A DNA stretch of 63,979 nt, the filler included, from Octopus bimaculoides (lineage: Eukaryota), in assembly GCF_001194135.2 (NCBI RefSeq). It is 5 parts of 5 records of this genome, joined end to end, with 100 filler letters (N's around TTAATTAATTAA, not from the genome) between each part and the next. Parts side by side here need not be neighbours in the genome. Positions count along the whole stretch, not along the records: positions 23,471 to 54,660 come from NC_068982.1; 4 more parts are not named here. One strand, written 5' to 3'. The position numbers and the translations under genes are program-made. How positions within the stretch are numbered: the stretch's first letter is position 1; each line of letters begins with the position of its first letter. The notes under the pieces are model-generated. The model was given only the letters and a program-made list of their open reading frames with translations, was not told where the DNA came from and made no database searches. Below are positions 38,761 through 52,033 of the stretch, one piece after another.

Positions 38761-39480
38761 TTCACGCAGCCCTCTCAAAAGAATGAAAAGCAAACTGTAA
38801 GAGAAAGGTGATTGCTAGCAGGCACGTGTCGTCCATCTGTTGTATTCCCTCTGTATAATGTGATGTCAATCCATATCAGCTAGTTTCGATGTTCAACATG
38901 GTTACTGGAACTGATTAAAATAGCAGTTACATCTTTGTCGCAAGTCACACCTGACCGTTAAAAGATACACAGTCAACGTTTTACCTTCCTGGATTTTAAA
39001 AAGCAAATCATGATGATCGCAACTTGAATGCCGTTTGTTATACGTACGTCCAATGGGGGTTGATATGCGACTAAACATCAACAGCGAAATTTATTTTGAA
39101 AAGAAGGCTTCTACGCGGTAGCTCTACATGCTAGAAATAGCCGCTAATTTTCCCTTATATTATGCCCTACCGTCTTAAACTATAATCTAGAAGAAAACAT
39201 TACTGCAAGCTTTTTCGTTTTCTAATTTGACGCAGCAAAAATATGTGTTGTCTTGAAAGTTAGACTTATTCTTGTGGATACATGGGGTGTTAATTTCAAA
39301 TGTTATCAGTTTTGCCTAGCTTTTGATGCTCATGAATCCACCCGTAAGCTGAAATGGGGGCAATAACTATTTCTCATAATTAACTATCTTAGAAGCTAGA
39401 CCTATTCTGTAGTATATATGGGGTGGTGAATCCAGAAATGGTATCATTTGTGCGACCATGAGATAGAGAATGTGAAACCA

Positions 39481-39800
39481 GACATAAGATCAATGTGAAA
39501 GAAGAAAAAATAAACAACTATGACGATTTCAAGTGTGAAATACGAAGGTTGTGGTCAATGAAGAGAGTAGACGTGTTACCAATAGTAACTGGTGCACTTG
39601 GAAGTATCAGCACTCAACTACCAACATGCAGAAAAAGAATGATGAAAGTGTGAATGTAGAAAACCTACAAAATCAGCATCGCTTGGAACTGCAAGAATTC
39701 ACAGGGTTCTTGAAGCCTGACCAGTAAATAAGTGTTACCTTAGTCTGCTGGCTGTGGAGTGCTGACACTTTCCATCATACCCAGCAAAATAAGCTTTGAG
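39481..39800 (+). mobile_element. 3' end of an R4/Dong-clade non-LTR retrotransposon (second family)
   Basis: VKEEKINNYDDFKCEIRRLWSMKRVDVLPIVTGALG...LGTARI is the typical C-terminus of the restriction-like endonuclease domain. Confidence 0.7.
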
Positions 39801-40678
39801 TTTTAATACAAGATTAATGAGGAGTGGGAGGAGGAGGACGACGACGACGACGATGACGATGACGATGGTGATGATGATGGCTATTAAAACAACTACATAT
39901 TACTAAATCAGTTTGATTTAGCACAAAAATCTGAGAGTGTTGTAACTAAAATATAAACATAATTAGCCATTCAACACATAAGACATACTTTCATCGAGTG
40001 AGGTTTACCAGAGTAGTTCTCCTAAAATAATAGTAGTAATCTCCCATCAGATGTATCTTCTAGTGTTCCCATTATCTTTTTGCAACTGTGTTATATCTCA
40101 ATAAAATGTTTGTGTCTGTTGTTTGTTTAAATCTTCAAACTTTTTATGGAAATTAGTCCAGTTGACATTTGAGATAATGGACATTGACGCTTATGCAACA
40201 CTCAAGATTAACTTTGGAAAACTTGTCATCTACTACTAATTCAGACTATTTATTGACTCTTTCATATTTTCTTTATAAACTAATTATTTCAAATCAGAGA
40301 CAGAAAATTGATTCCGTCAATTCACAGAAGTTTGATGCTTTTCAGCTTCTTATGATGGTTTATACGCTTATTCACATTTTCCCTAATACACGCACATATT
40401 AGTTCAGCGTCCTCTAAAGCTGAATCTAATATCTCTGACTATGGTATACTTGAGATAACTTTAGATATGATTTATGGCAACATTTAAATTTAAATCCTGT
40501 GCCAACTTATCCGGACACCTGAGATGTTCATGAAGTTAGAGTAACAATAAGAATTGGCAATAATTCAATTCCTCTTCGGCTTTCTTTGTATTATATGCTA
40601 CACACACGTGCACATACATATGTGTATGTAATATGTGTGTGTATCTAATGCACATCTATATGTATACAAATAGATCTA

Positions 40679-40712
<34 letters not shown>

Positions 40713-40753
40713 ATGCATATAACACATACATATATATACATACATACATATAC

Positions 40754-40819
<66 letters not shown>

Positions 40820-40881
40820 GTGTGTATGTATGTATATATATATGCATACATACATATATGTCTATATATACATACATATAT

Positions 40882-40921
<40 letters not shown>

Positions 40922-42050
40922 TTAGATTGATAGATAGATACATACATACATACATACATACATACATAACATAGATAGATAGAGAGAAAGACAGAGAGAT
41001 TACAAGTTACTTAAAAGTAGCTGTCAACAGTATAATGCAAAATATTGCCCACTACACATGTACTAAGTCATTTACTCAATCAATGTTTGCTGTGTTTTTA
41101 TCATATAAAAACACTTGATTCCAGCAATTTACAAAAGCACACACATACATGTATATACAGATATACACACACACATACATGCATATATAAGTACATGCAT
41201 ATATACAAGCATGCATATGCGTATATAAATAAATATATATGTAGATTATTTACCAACGCGCGTGCATGTGTGTGTGAATGAATATGTCTTGCTTTCAAAA
41301 GTGAATTATTAAAAAGAAATGTGAAATAAAATATTTGAAACGTATATCGAGTGGTACAATTTCTACTAATGCTACTGAAAGTAGCATTTTAACATACTGG
41401 ATGCAAAATCGATATGCTGCTTACAATGGGACTCGGTAGTGAGTATCAGGAATGATGGACTGAATGCTTTCCAAGTATTGGTTACTTTCATCTTAGCAAT
41501 ATTCAATTCCACCACAGTTCAGGTTACGTTACTTTTCTCCTTGATATCTATAGGACAACGACCTTTCAAATTGCTATAGTGGAATAGACTTAATCCATTA
41601 GACCCTTGCGCAAACAAACCTGGGAACTTGTGCAAGTGTGAGACGTGTTTTAAGAAAAGATAAACATTGGGATAAGTATTTTTAATTCGGTTTCTTTCTT
41701 ATCGTCTGTCTTTAAATTCGAAATAGGTGTATTTGGGAATATTTAAAGAGTAGAAGTACATTCCTTGAGAAAATGTAAGCCAGCTGATTCGTTAAATGCA
41801 CGTTTAGAATAGATGCGTGAACACAGTCGTGTAAACGTGTAGTCAACACACTTGTCGCGAAAACAAAGAGCAGTGGGTTCCAGTCCCATGCGTACGAGAA
41901 GACCTACTTTATTCCGTTGAAGGCTTAAATACCCCAGTATTAGACTATTTCTTTCGTCATTGCACGATGATCGCTTATAAACTTTAAACTAATAAAATAT
42001 TATTATTATTGTCATTATCATTTACAGAATTGTAAAATCGACGCTGCTTA

Positions 42051-42092
<42 letters not shown>

Positions 42093-42213
42093 ATGTATGT
42101 ATGTATGTATATACATTTAAATAATCAGAAAGCCTTAGATCAACAAATCAATTGGACCACATATGTATTATTTAATACAAAGCGTGATAGTAAATACGGA
42201 TATTTTATCCCTT

Positions 42214-42552
42214 GAGACCCCCTTCGGTCGTGACTGACCATGGGATTGCACCTAGAAAGTTACCCTCCCAGTCACAAGTCTGGGCAAGGTTGTTCATGGA
42301 AGACCAGCAGTCGCCCATGCATGATGCCCCCCCCCCTCTCCACGCCACACGTGTTATCCAAGGGAAAGACAAAGGCCGATACAGCTTGACACCTGTGACG
42401 TCGCTACTCCTTTCTACAGCTGAGTGAACTGGAGCAACGTGAAATGAAGTGTCTTGCTCAGGAACACAACACGCAGCCCGGTCCGGGAATCGAACTCACG
42501 ACCTCACGATCGTAAGCTTGACGCTTTAACCACTGAGCCAAGCGCCTTCACA
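42214..42552 (-). mobile_element. Full-length tRNA-derived SINE family C with a 10-bp TSD TTTATCCCTT
   Basis: Intact A box TGGCTCAGTGG and B box GTTCGATTC on the minus strand; TSD at 42204-42213 and 42553-42562. Confidence 0.92.
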
Positions 42553-43158
42553 TTTATCCCTTAGTCGGTTACTCTAACCGCTAACTCTGCTTACCTGTTA
42601 CGTATATNNNNNNNNNNNNNNNNNNNNNNNNNNNNNNNNNNNNNNNNNNNNNNNNNNNNNNNNNNNNNNNNNNNNNNNNNNNNNNNNNNNNNNNNNNNNN
42701 NNNNNNNNNNNNNNNNNNNNNNNNNNNNNNNNNNNNNNNNNNNNNNNNNNNNNNNNNNNNNNNNNNNNNNNNNNNNNNNNNNNNNNNNNNNNNNNNNNNN
42801 NNNNNNNNNNNNNNNNNNNNNNNNNNNNNNNNNNNNNNNNNNNNNNNNNNNNNNNNNNNNNNNNNNNNNNNNNNNNNNNNNNNNNNNNNNNNNNNNNNNN
42901 NNNNNNNNNNNNNNNNNNNNNNNNNNNNNNNNNNNNNNNNNNNNNNNNNNNNNNNNNNNNNNNNNNNNNNNNNNNNNNNNNNNNNNNNNNNNNNNNNNNN
43001 NNNNNNNNNNNNNNNNNNNNNNNNNNNNNNNNNNNNNNNNNNNNNNNNNNNNNNNNNNNNNNNNNNNNNNNNNNNNNNNNNNNNNNNNNNNNNNNNNNNN
43101 NNNNNNNNNNNNNNNNNNNNNNNNNNNNNNNNNNNNNNNNNNNNNNNNNNNNNNNNNN

Positions 43159-43197
<39 letters not shown>

Positions 43198-43296
43198 TAT
43201 TCACTCACTTTCACCTTTGTTGATTCTATTGATTTCGTACGCGTATACATGTACACATACGTACACACACATACACACACACACGCAGAGGCGTGA

Positions 43297-43340
<44 letters not shown>

Positions 43341-43374
43341 ACGTGCGCGTGTACAGAGTGAGAGTGAGACATAC

Positions 43375-43415
<41 letters not shown>

Positions 43416-43869
43416 CATCTGAAGCACTTACATTTCTGAAGAAGATTAATTCATGTTGGGAAATGCTTGGATCCACGTGATATTGTTTCAATTCTTATTC
43501 AGTCACTTTCTCCTTTGTTTATTCAACTTACATATTCCAATAGAAAGATATCATTTAAAACCAAAAAACTGGTTATCTATTCAATTGTGTTTCATTCTTT
43601 TGTCCAAGCGCATTCCTTTTGAAAATTAACAATCTCGCTTTAACACTCCATGTACAAACATGTAGCGCGCATCTTACATGCATTTTGTTTAGCCTTCTCC
43701 CACACAGAGAAATACTCTCACACTCATACGATCACACAGTTTCACGAATATAGATGCATGCATATTGTAATGCATAAAATCAGGTATACATGCACAAACA
43801 TTAATACAAACGTACATGCGCAGGCACACGCAACATATACATATATTTATATACAAATATATACAGATT

Positions 43870-44600
43870 TATATTACCTTCGTACGGTTTCGGCTGTAGC
43901 TCTATTGTGTTACACTTTGGGGAAGTACCTTCCATAATAGCCTCAAGTTTTGTGAAGAAATCTACTAGACGGAATCTCTGAAGAAACCAGATGCAATCGT
44001 GTGTGTTTGTGTATCTAAATGTGCTTGTACGTAGATGTGTGTATGTGTGTATATGTGTATATATGTGTGCGAATGTGTGTATGTACGCGCGCCCTTGTGC
44101 CTCCACTACTTGACTGTCAGAGATGGTTTGTTTATGTCCCTGTAGCCTAACGGTTGTGAAGTCGCATGGCTCAGTGGTTACAGCGTCGAGCTTACGATCG
44201 TGAGGTTGTGAGTTCGAATCCCGGACCGGGCTGCGAGTTGTGTTCTTGAGCAAGACACTTTATTTCACGTTGCTCCAGCTCACTCAGCTGTAGAAATAAG
44301 TTGTGACGTCACAGGTGCCAAGCTTTATCGGCCTCTGTCTTTCCCTTGGATAGCACTGGTGGCGTGGAGAGGGGCGACTGCTGGTCTTCCATAAACAACC
44401 TTGCCGGGACTTGTGGCCTGGGTGGGTAACGTTTTAGGTGCAATCCCATGGTCAGTCATGACCGAAGGGGGTCTCAGCAGCCTAACGGTTTGAGATGTAA
44501 AAAAAATAATGAACTGGATTTGTTCGACTAAACCCTTCGATGGTAAGCTCCAGTATGGCCGGAGCTCAATGACTGTAATAAGTAAAAGAATGTAAGAATG
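43870..44600 (+). mobile_element. Old SINE family A-like host element, interrupted at 44155 by a family C SINE
   Basis: Diverged 5' half, CA/TG tract, then a tail that resumes after the nested insertion (AGCTCCAGTATGGCC...AATGACTG..AAGTAAAAGAAT). Confidence 0.6.
44156..44476 (+). mobile_element. Full-length SINE family C with a 12-bp TSD AGCCTAACGGTT
   Basis: A box TGGCTCAGTGG (44167-44177), B box GTTCGAATC (44212-44220); TSD at 44144-44155 and 44479-44490. Confidence 0.92.
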
Positions 44601-45532
44601 AAGAGTACACGCAAAAACTATGCATGTACACACATATGCAAATCTTCGTCGGCAATTTCTCTGGGTCAAGGATGGAGATTAACCAAGTTTAATTTCTCAG
44701 ACCTGCATGCGTATCAATTATATCGAATGCAGAATTCCCATGAGCTGTAATTAACCGGGGTTATTTATTCGCAGATGTGGAGTTATGTTAACTAGTTTGT
44801 GCTTCTTTCTACGCCCATATTTATCGTTGAAACTTTTGGTTCTTGTTACATTGAAGTGTCGGATCCAGTCAAAGATGATCCATCTTTACTTCTGTGGTTT
44901 ATTTGCTAACGAATCCTACTTGTTTATTTTCATGCTATTATTTCTTTTTCATATTTCCTTTTTGTCTTTATCTCTCATGTACGTACTTGAGCCACTTATT
45001 TTGTACTTATTAGTTGCACATTTTTTACTCGGTTAAGTTTAAGACAGTTGTTTCAGCAATCAGTGGACTAACATATAGACGTGCACTCATGAATATACAT
45101 ATACACGTAAATACATACACATATACATGAGTATGTTTTCAGTCATTCCTCTTGAAACAGATGTAGAAAATTGCTCAACCACTACGTAGAACCAAGGCAA
45201 ATAAAGAGAAAGCCCATATTTCTTTTCTTTATTTCTATCTAAATCAAATTCAATGAAATCCTATTGTATATATGTTTAAAGAATTCTTGATCTCGTGATG
45301 AGTAGTCGATTGATGCTATCAATAGAATTAATTAGTGGTAGAAGGCAATATATTCTTTCGATGAATGCTTCCTTTATATACTTACCTATATTAAAAAGGA
45401 AGATATATTTAAATACATACATACGTAGATGTAATAAGTAGGTAGATAGGGAGATAGATAGATAAGAAGGTAGAGACAGACAGCCTGAATGATAGAGAGA
45501 CAGACAGAGCAAACAGATAGACAGAGAGACGG

Positions 45533-45566
<34 letters not shown>

Positions 45567-45874
45567 AGGAAAATCTATAAGACATGTAGATAGAGAGGTA
45601 GACAGCAAATGCATATGCACAGTATTTCTTTATTAGCATTATTGACGTAATGCCAATCTACCTTGATATATGACGATGATAATCATGGTGTTGTATTCGT
45701 GTGCTTTTCAAGCGTAACGATATACATGTCCTTAAGAAGTTATTTTCACAATTACATAGTTGCATGTTAGATTTCATAATGCGACATCATGTGCATAGGT
45801 CTTTCCGGTGTAGCGTCCGGTTCACGAATGTTTGATGCTATTTGTTAGACCAATGTATGCGTGTGTGTGTGTGC

Positions 45875-45947
<73 letters not shown>

Positions 45948-46469
45948 NNNNNNNNNNNNNNNNNNNNNNNNNNNNNNNNNNNNNNNNNNNNNNNNNNNNN
46001 NNNNNNNNNNNNNNNNNNNNNNNNNNNNNNNNNNNNNNNNNNNNNNNNNNNNNNNNNNNNNNNNNNNNNNNNNNNNNNNNNNNNNNNNNNNNNNNNNNNN
46101 NNNNNNNNNNNNNNNNNNNNNNNNNNNNNNNNNNNNNNNNNNNNNNNNNNNNNNNNNNNNNNNNNNNNNNNNNNNNNNNNNNNNNNNNNNNNNNNNNNNN
46201 NNNNNNNNNNNNNNNNNNNNNNNNNNNNNNNNNNNNNNNNNNNNNNNNNNNNNNNNNNNNNNNNNNNNNNNNNNNNNNNNNNNNNNNNNNNNNNNNNNNN
46301 NNNNNNNNNNNNNNNNNNNNNNNNNNNNNNNNNNNNNNNNNNNNNNNNNNNNNNNNNNNNNNNNNNNNNNNNNNNNNNNNNNNNNNNNNNNNNNNNNNNN
46401 NNNNNNNNNNATATATATATATATATATATATATACATACATACATACATACATACATACATACATACA

Positions 46470-46502
<33 letters not shown>

Positions 46503-46513
46503 TTATATATATA

Positions 46514-47780
46514 CATGACGGCTGTTCATTAAAAATTTACCCTGACCACTTACGGCGATTGCAAGAAACAAAATTGGAACAGATATAATTATATATGTCT
46601 CTACATGTCACATTGCAAATTGCAGCTTTCCAATAGTATTCGTTTGTCTTTTACAGCTGCTGAAGTGGACTAAGGTGTCATAATGGAAGCAGTTGAATGC
46701 AGATCAGCGATCAGGTTCTAATACTTGAAAGGTCGTACAACAAAAGAGACTTTCAATGAAATAAAAGTAGTTTACGGTGATGATGCACCATCATATACCG
46801 TAGTCAAGCTCTGGCATCGTCAGTTCAAATGTTGTCGGATATCAGCAGAAACTGCTCCTATTCCTGGACGGCTACATTCCGCCATTGATGATAACACCAT
46901 CCATAAAGTGGAAGCCGCTATTCTGGAGGATCGCCGCATAACTATTCGGCAACTAGCCCATGATGTGAAGATAAGTATAGGGTCTGTGGAAAAAGATCAT
47001 TCATGACCATTAGCACATGCGGAAGTGGTATGCACGATGGATTCCCCGGATGCTCACACCTTTTCAGAAGCAGGAACGAGTGAATTGCACCCACGAGTTC
47101 ATTTGCATCCAAGAGTCAATTGCAATGTGCCAAGAAAACGAGGAGAACATTTTCGGCAGACTTATCACACAGGATTAGACATGGGTCCATAACAATGATC
47201 CTCAGACTAAAGTGCAGTCGAAGCAATGGAAGCATAACTCACCACCTCTAAAGAAGACTCGTGTGCAACCTTCAGCAGGTAAGGTGATGTTCAGTCTTTT
47301 GGAACCAGCACGGAGTAGGGATGATGGATTTCCTAGCAAAGGCACCAGAGTCATGCTGCAGAAATTGCGAAACGTTATAAAAGCAGAAAGGCAGAGCATA
47401 CTGACCAAAGGATTCCGTCACCTCAAAGACAACGCCCCAGTCCACAATGCGCATGTTGCCCAGATAAAAGCACACTCCTGTGTATGAAATACTTCTCATT
47501 CCCCTTACTTTCCCGACCTCCCATCATCTGACTTCCAACGCTTTCCAGCCATGAAGTCTTTTTTAATGGAGAAGCACGTTTCAGATGATGATGAACATAT
47601 TTCCGAGGTAAAGTCTTGGCTCCAGACGCAAACTACCGACTTCTTTAGACGAGTTATTCACAGCTTCACAACGCGAAAGGGAAAAAGTGTGTCACCATTG
47701 GTGGTGGCTATGTAGAGAAGGACTAATAATTCTGCCAAGTTTCATTTATCCCAGTCCTTGGGAAGTGGGCCAGGGGAAAT
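46514..47780 (+). mobile_element. Near-full-length decayed mariner DNA transposon; transposase pseudogene 46683-47726
   Basis: MEAVECRSAIRF*YLKGRTTKETFNEIKVVYGDDAPSY..., WIPRMLT, ITQD*TWVH, HLKDNAPVH, HSPYFPDLPSSDF, GGYVEKD*. Left TIR segment AAATTTACCCTGACCACTT pairs with AAGTGGGCCAGGGGAAAT (47763-47780). Confidence 0.92.
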
Positions 47781-49518
47781 ATATATAGATAGATAGATGG
47801 CAGGGGTAGTTCGTGACATTGTTTTTACTGTTGTCTGTTTATCTTATTTTTTGTACGTAAGCAATCCAGTTAAGCAATCGTCGGAGGGTCTCAAACCAGT
47901 ACCTGAATAGGCAATGATACTCTGTTTATCACTGATAGGAGATTCGGCTGTTATCACACTGTTGGATAACTGTCACTAAGAACCCTATAGCAGGTCGAAA
48001 CCACGGAAAATGCAGTTCCGGCGGCCGTGGCAATATATATATANNNNNNNNNNNNNNNNNNNNNNNNNNNNNNNNNNNNNNNNNNNNNNNNNNNNNNNNN
48101 NNNNNNNNNNNNNNNNNNNNNNNNNNNNNNNNNNNNNNNNNNNNNNNNNNNNNNNNNNNNNNNNNNNNNNNNNNNNNNNNNNNNNNNNNNNNNNNNNNNN
48201 NNNNNNNNNNNNNNNNNNNNNNNNNNNNNNNNNNNNNNNNNNNNNNNNNNNNNNNNNNNNNNNNNNNNNNNNNNNNNNNNNNNNNNNNNNNNNNNNNNNN
48301 NNNNNNNNNNNNNNNNNNNNNNNNNNNNNNNNNNNNNNNNNNNNNNNNNNNNNNNNNNNNNNNNNNNNNNNNNNNNNNNNNNNNNNNNNNNNNNNNNNNN
48401 NNNNNNNNNNNNNNNNNNNNNNNNNNNNNNNNNNNNNNNNNNNNNNNNNNNNNNNNNNNNNNNNNNNNNNNNNNNNNNNNNNNNNNNNNNNNNNNNNNNN
48501 NNNNNNNNNNNNNNNNNNNNNNNNNNNNNNNNNNNNNNNNNNNNNNNNNNNNNNNNNNNNNNNNNNNNNNNNNNNNNNNNNNNNNNNNNNNNNNNNNNNN
48601 NNNNNNNNNNNNNNNNNNNNNNNNNNNNNNNNNNNNNNNNNNNNNNNNNNNNNNNNNNNNNNNNNNNNNNNNNNNNNNNNNNNNNNNNNNNNNNNNNNNN
48701 NNNNNNNNNNNNNNNNNNNNNNNNNNNNNNNNNNNNNNNNNNNNNNNNNNNNNNNNNNNNNNNNNNNNNNNNNNNNNNNNNNNNNNNNNNNNNNNNNNNN
48801 NNNNNNNNNNAGCACATATAACATGTGTATGTATATGTGTGTATGCGTACTTTCGTACATGCGCATATATATCCCCATTTAAGCACGTGCATAGCTGTGC
48901 ATATTTTTTGTGTATATATCTGTATCTGTGTATCTTTGAGTGGGGGGGTGGGGGGTTGTGTATGTGTGTGTTATATTTGGATTTGATATTATAAGCTAGT
49001 TAATCCATATAAAATCAGACTTCCAGATTGTGAAGCAGTTTCGTAAATGCCCTGAACGAAGCTTTCCGTCCACGAATCATTGTGCAACATCTGCCGATTA
49101 AAGATAAAAAAAATCTATTCATCTATGTTGAGTTCTATTTATCCTGTTCGTGCTATCAAACCTGTCCTTTCCTCCTTAATTGAGCAATTTTCTCTCGCAT
49201 TTTCTATGCGGAATATTCTGATACCACCAGGATAATTGTATATGATGAAGCACATAGAAATTAAACCCAAGCATCTAATCAAGCGTATACACTTGAAAGA
49301 TTTTTTATTCAAAAATAGATCGCACGTATTATTTTCTAATTCTAAATTCTGTTTTATATCTCGCAAACGTCCATCGCAGAATATAACACTAGGAGCTTTT
49401 GAATACGATTTACTGAACCTGAATAAAGAAGATGAAATTCAGAAAAGGTTTTTTAACAACTTTCCAAACACTATTATGAACGATCTGAAGCATATTGAAA
49501 CCAATATTACTCTAGTGG

Positions 49519-49732
49519 TATTGGTTTCGATTTTGGCACAAGGCCAGCTATTTCTGGGGAAGGGGAAGTCGATTTCATCGAACCTAGTGCCCAATTGGTA
49601 CTTATTTTATCGACCCCCGAGGACGAAAGGCAAAGTCGATCTCTGCGAAATTTGAATTCAAGACGTAAGGATGGATGTAATGCCGTAAAGCCTTTTCCCA
49701 CCGTGCTGACGATTCTGCCAGCTGACCACCTT
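49519..49732 (-). mobile_element. SINE family B (TATTGGTTTC..TTTTGGCACAAGGCC tail variant)
   Basis: Core GAAAGGCAAAGTCGATCTCTGCGAAATTTGAATTC and head GATTCTGCCAGCTGACCACCTT. Confidence 0.85.
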
Positions 49733-50719
49733 ACCAACTCTAGCAACATCAATAATGCGTAAATAAAACAATTTATCGTAATGCGTACGATGATAAATAA
49801 AGAAGCATTGCAGAGATTATTAAAACATGATGGGATTGACCTGATAGATCCTACTTCGCTCTGAATCACTTTGTTAGACCTTTTATGTGTTTAACAGGTC
49901 GGACACCAGTTTTTTTATGTTGGTTGTTTGTTATCACAACAGGTCGTTGAAGTGTGAGATATACTATATCTTTATTTACAATGTTTTCATTCGTAAGTTA
50001 TAACAAATATTATTGTTTATTCAATTAAAAACTATAATGATAATCTCGTTACTTATAACTTAATTATAAGTATTTATCACTAAGCATAACTCTTAGTTTA
50101 GTTTAGGCTGCGTAAATGTTATGATGTATATACATGACAAGACGCCGAATGTGCGTTCATTACGTGCATGTATGTTGAAGATTTAGATTATATTTTCTTG
50201 ACCGTTACACATAAAAAAAATACAGTTTCATTAACATACAGAAATAAATTCAACAAGTTGGAAGAAACGAGAAGTAAAAGGAATTAAGTTTCTACATTAA
50301 TTTATTATATACATTTTTTTTTACATTTATAGATATTTAGAAACTAAGCATTTCATCGTAGAGAATTTACGACTTAAATTTATTATTAACTAGTTTCTCA
50401 TTCTAACTAATAAGGTTTCACGACAATTCAATATTGTCGGATTTGAGTATTGAACATGGCATATATATTAGCCTATACTCAAAAGGGTGAGTGTCGTGGA
50501 CTTGAGTAACATCCAACGATCAGTGGAGATTTTGCCGAAAATCAGGGTTTTTATAACTACTCATACACGAATCATAGAACCGTAACCCCGTGAAAGATTT
50601 CTTCAACAAAGTTCATATGGGTAGTAATTTTTAACCAATGAGAAATCAATAATTTCTCATGTTCGGGCAAACGAACTTACGTTCTCTCTCCGCCTCATAT
50701 GAGTTTGCTACAGACCTTT

Positions 50720-51240
50720 AACCAAATTATTTAGCTAACGCTAAATGCAGCCTTATAAACACAACTTGAAGTGAATTAGGGAGCGTTAGTAATGTTGTCT
50801 TTGACACAACGATAAACTTAGACAATGAAATAACTTTGCCAATAGAAGAACAGTTCCTCAATGAAAGAGTTGTTTGATAGTTTATATGAGAAAACACAAA
50901 TTCCCGCAGTTTGACATTGTCCCTTTTAATGAAAGCTTTATATTAATCCCATAGACATGCTACTATCACAGACATTTATGTCATTATGAAGGCCAGAAAG
51001 GCTCTTCTACCTTTTGATTATGTTTTCTGAATAAAGCTCAATGGCTAAGAGCTTTTCAATGTTCCTATGGGCGGCTCTGATGGAGCCGAGATATGCAACT
51101 TCATAGTATTATTTATTTCAGACAACCAAATATCAAGATTTAATTTTATAGAATTAGATTTGTACAGAAATGACAGTCTAAAATTGATACCTGCCTTAGA
51201 AATTATCAACACTCTATAATTAAACATTCCGTGAATGAAT
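50720..51240 (+). mobile_element. Penelope-like element reverse-transcriptase fragment
   Basis: INTT*SELGSVS, QFDIV, IMKARKALL, FNVPMGGSDGAEICNFIVLFI and LDLYRNDSL correspond to PLE RT motifs (INP.KSEIG, FDI..FYPSI, FDV.MGS.DGAE.CELVG, GLYRDDGL). Confidence 0.7.
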
Positions 51241-51642
51241 TGTAACAGCGGATGAAATTTGCGTGATCGTTTGCGTAAAGATTCACCGGAGGGCGTACAT
51301 GATGTGGTCTCGATAGCTTTCTTCTCTCCATCCCATCACAGTCATTCTTACTCTCTCACTTCTTTCACCAGGTATTCTACCGTGATAACCTGACAGTACT
51401 TATTCCCATATTGGTGTATTTAAAGGTCGATAGTTTTCTTTGTTTTATTTTTAGTAATAATGCTGACGAAGTCAATATGTTGACTCATGTTACGTAATAG
51501 AGCATAAAAGATTACGTAATAACAGTGGGGGGCTTCTAAAACAGCCTAAAATACTGGTTACGTTTATTTGCTCCTTTGTGTGTGTGTTTATGTGTGTGTG
51601 TGTAGTTTATGTGTGTGTGTGTGCGTGTGTGTTTGTGTGTGT

Positions 51643-51711
<69 letters not shown>

Positions 51712-52033
51712 TCGATTGTGACTGTTTGTGAGTGTATATATATGTGTGTGTGTGTCGAATTGTGCTCCCATATATGAAAAGTTGTTCAGTACAAAAGATC
51801 GATAACATAATTAGCAGATTCAAGTACAAGAATCAATATGATCGACTTAAAAGATTTAAGATTGAGCCCCACTTTCACCGGAGTCCAAAGGCAGAGATCT
51901 ATGAAAGAATATAAATGCATGCATACATACATACATACATACATACATACATACGTGCATACGTACATAAATACGTACGCATGCATATAAATTCATCTGT
52001 GTGTATGTGTGTATCTACATATGTGTGTGTGTG

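Noticed and set aside
39275-39460. Two direct copies of a GGGGTG..AAT...ATC motif resembling DNA-transposon subterminal repeats
   Set aside because: Too diverged to define an element or its ends.
42460-44235. tRNA genes at the family C heads (42460-42552 and 44156-44235)
   Set aside because: A and B boxes are present, but the acceptor stem is not closed and the sequence continues into SINE body with TSDs.
49236-49655. 139-aa plus-strand ORF
   Set aside because: The last third is a family B SINE read antisense; the rest is AT-rich with no motif or splice support.
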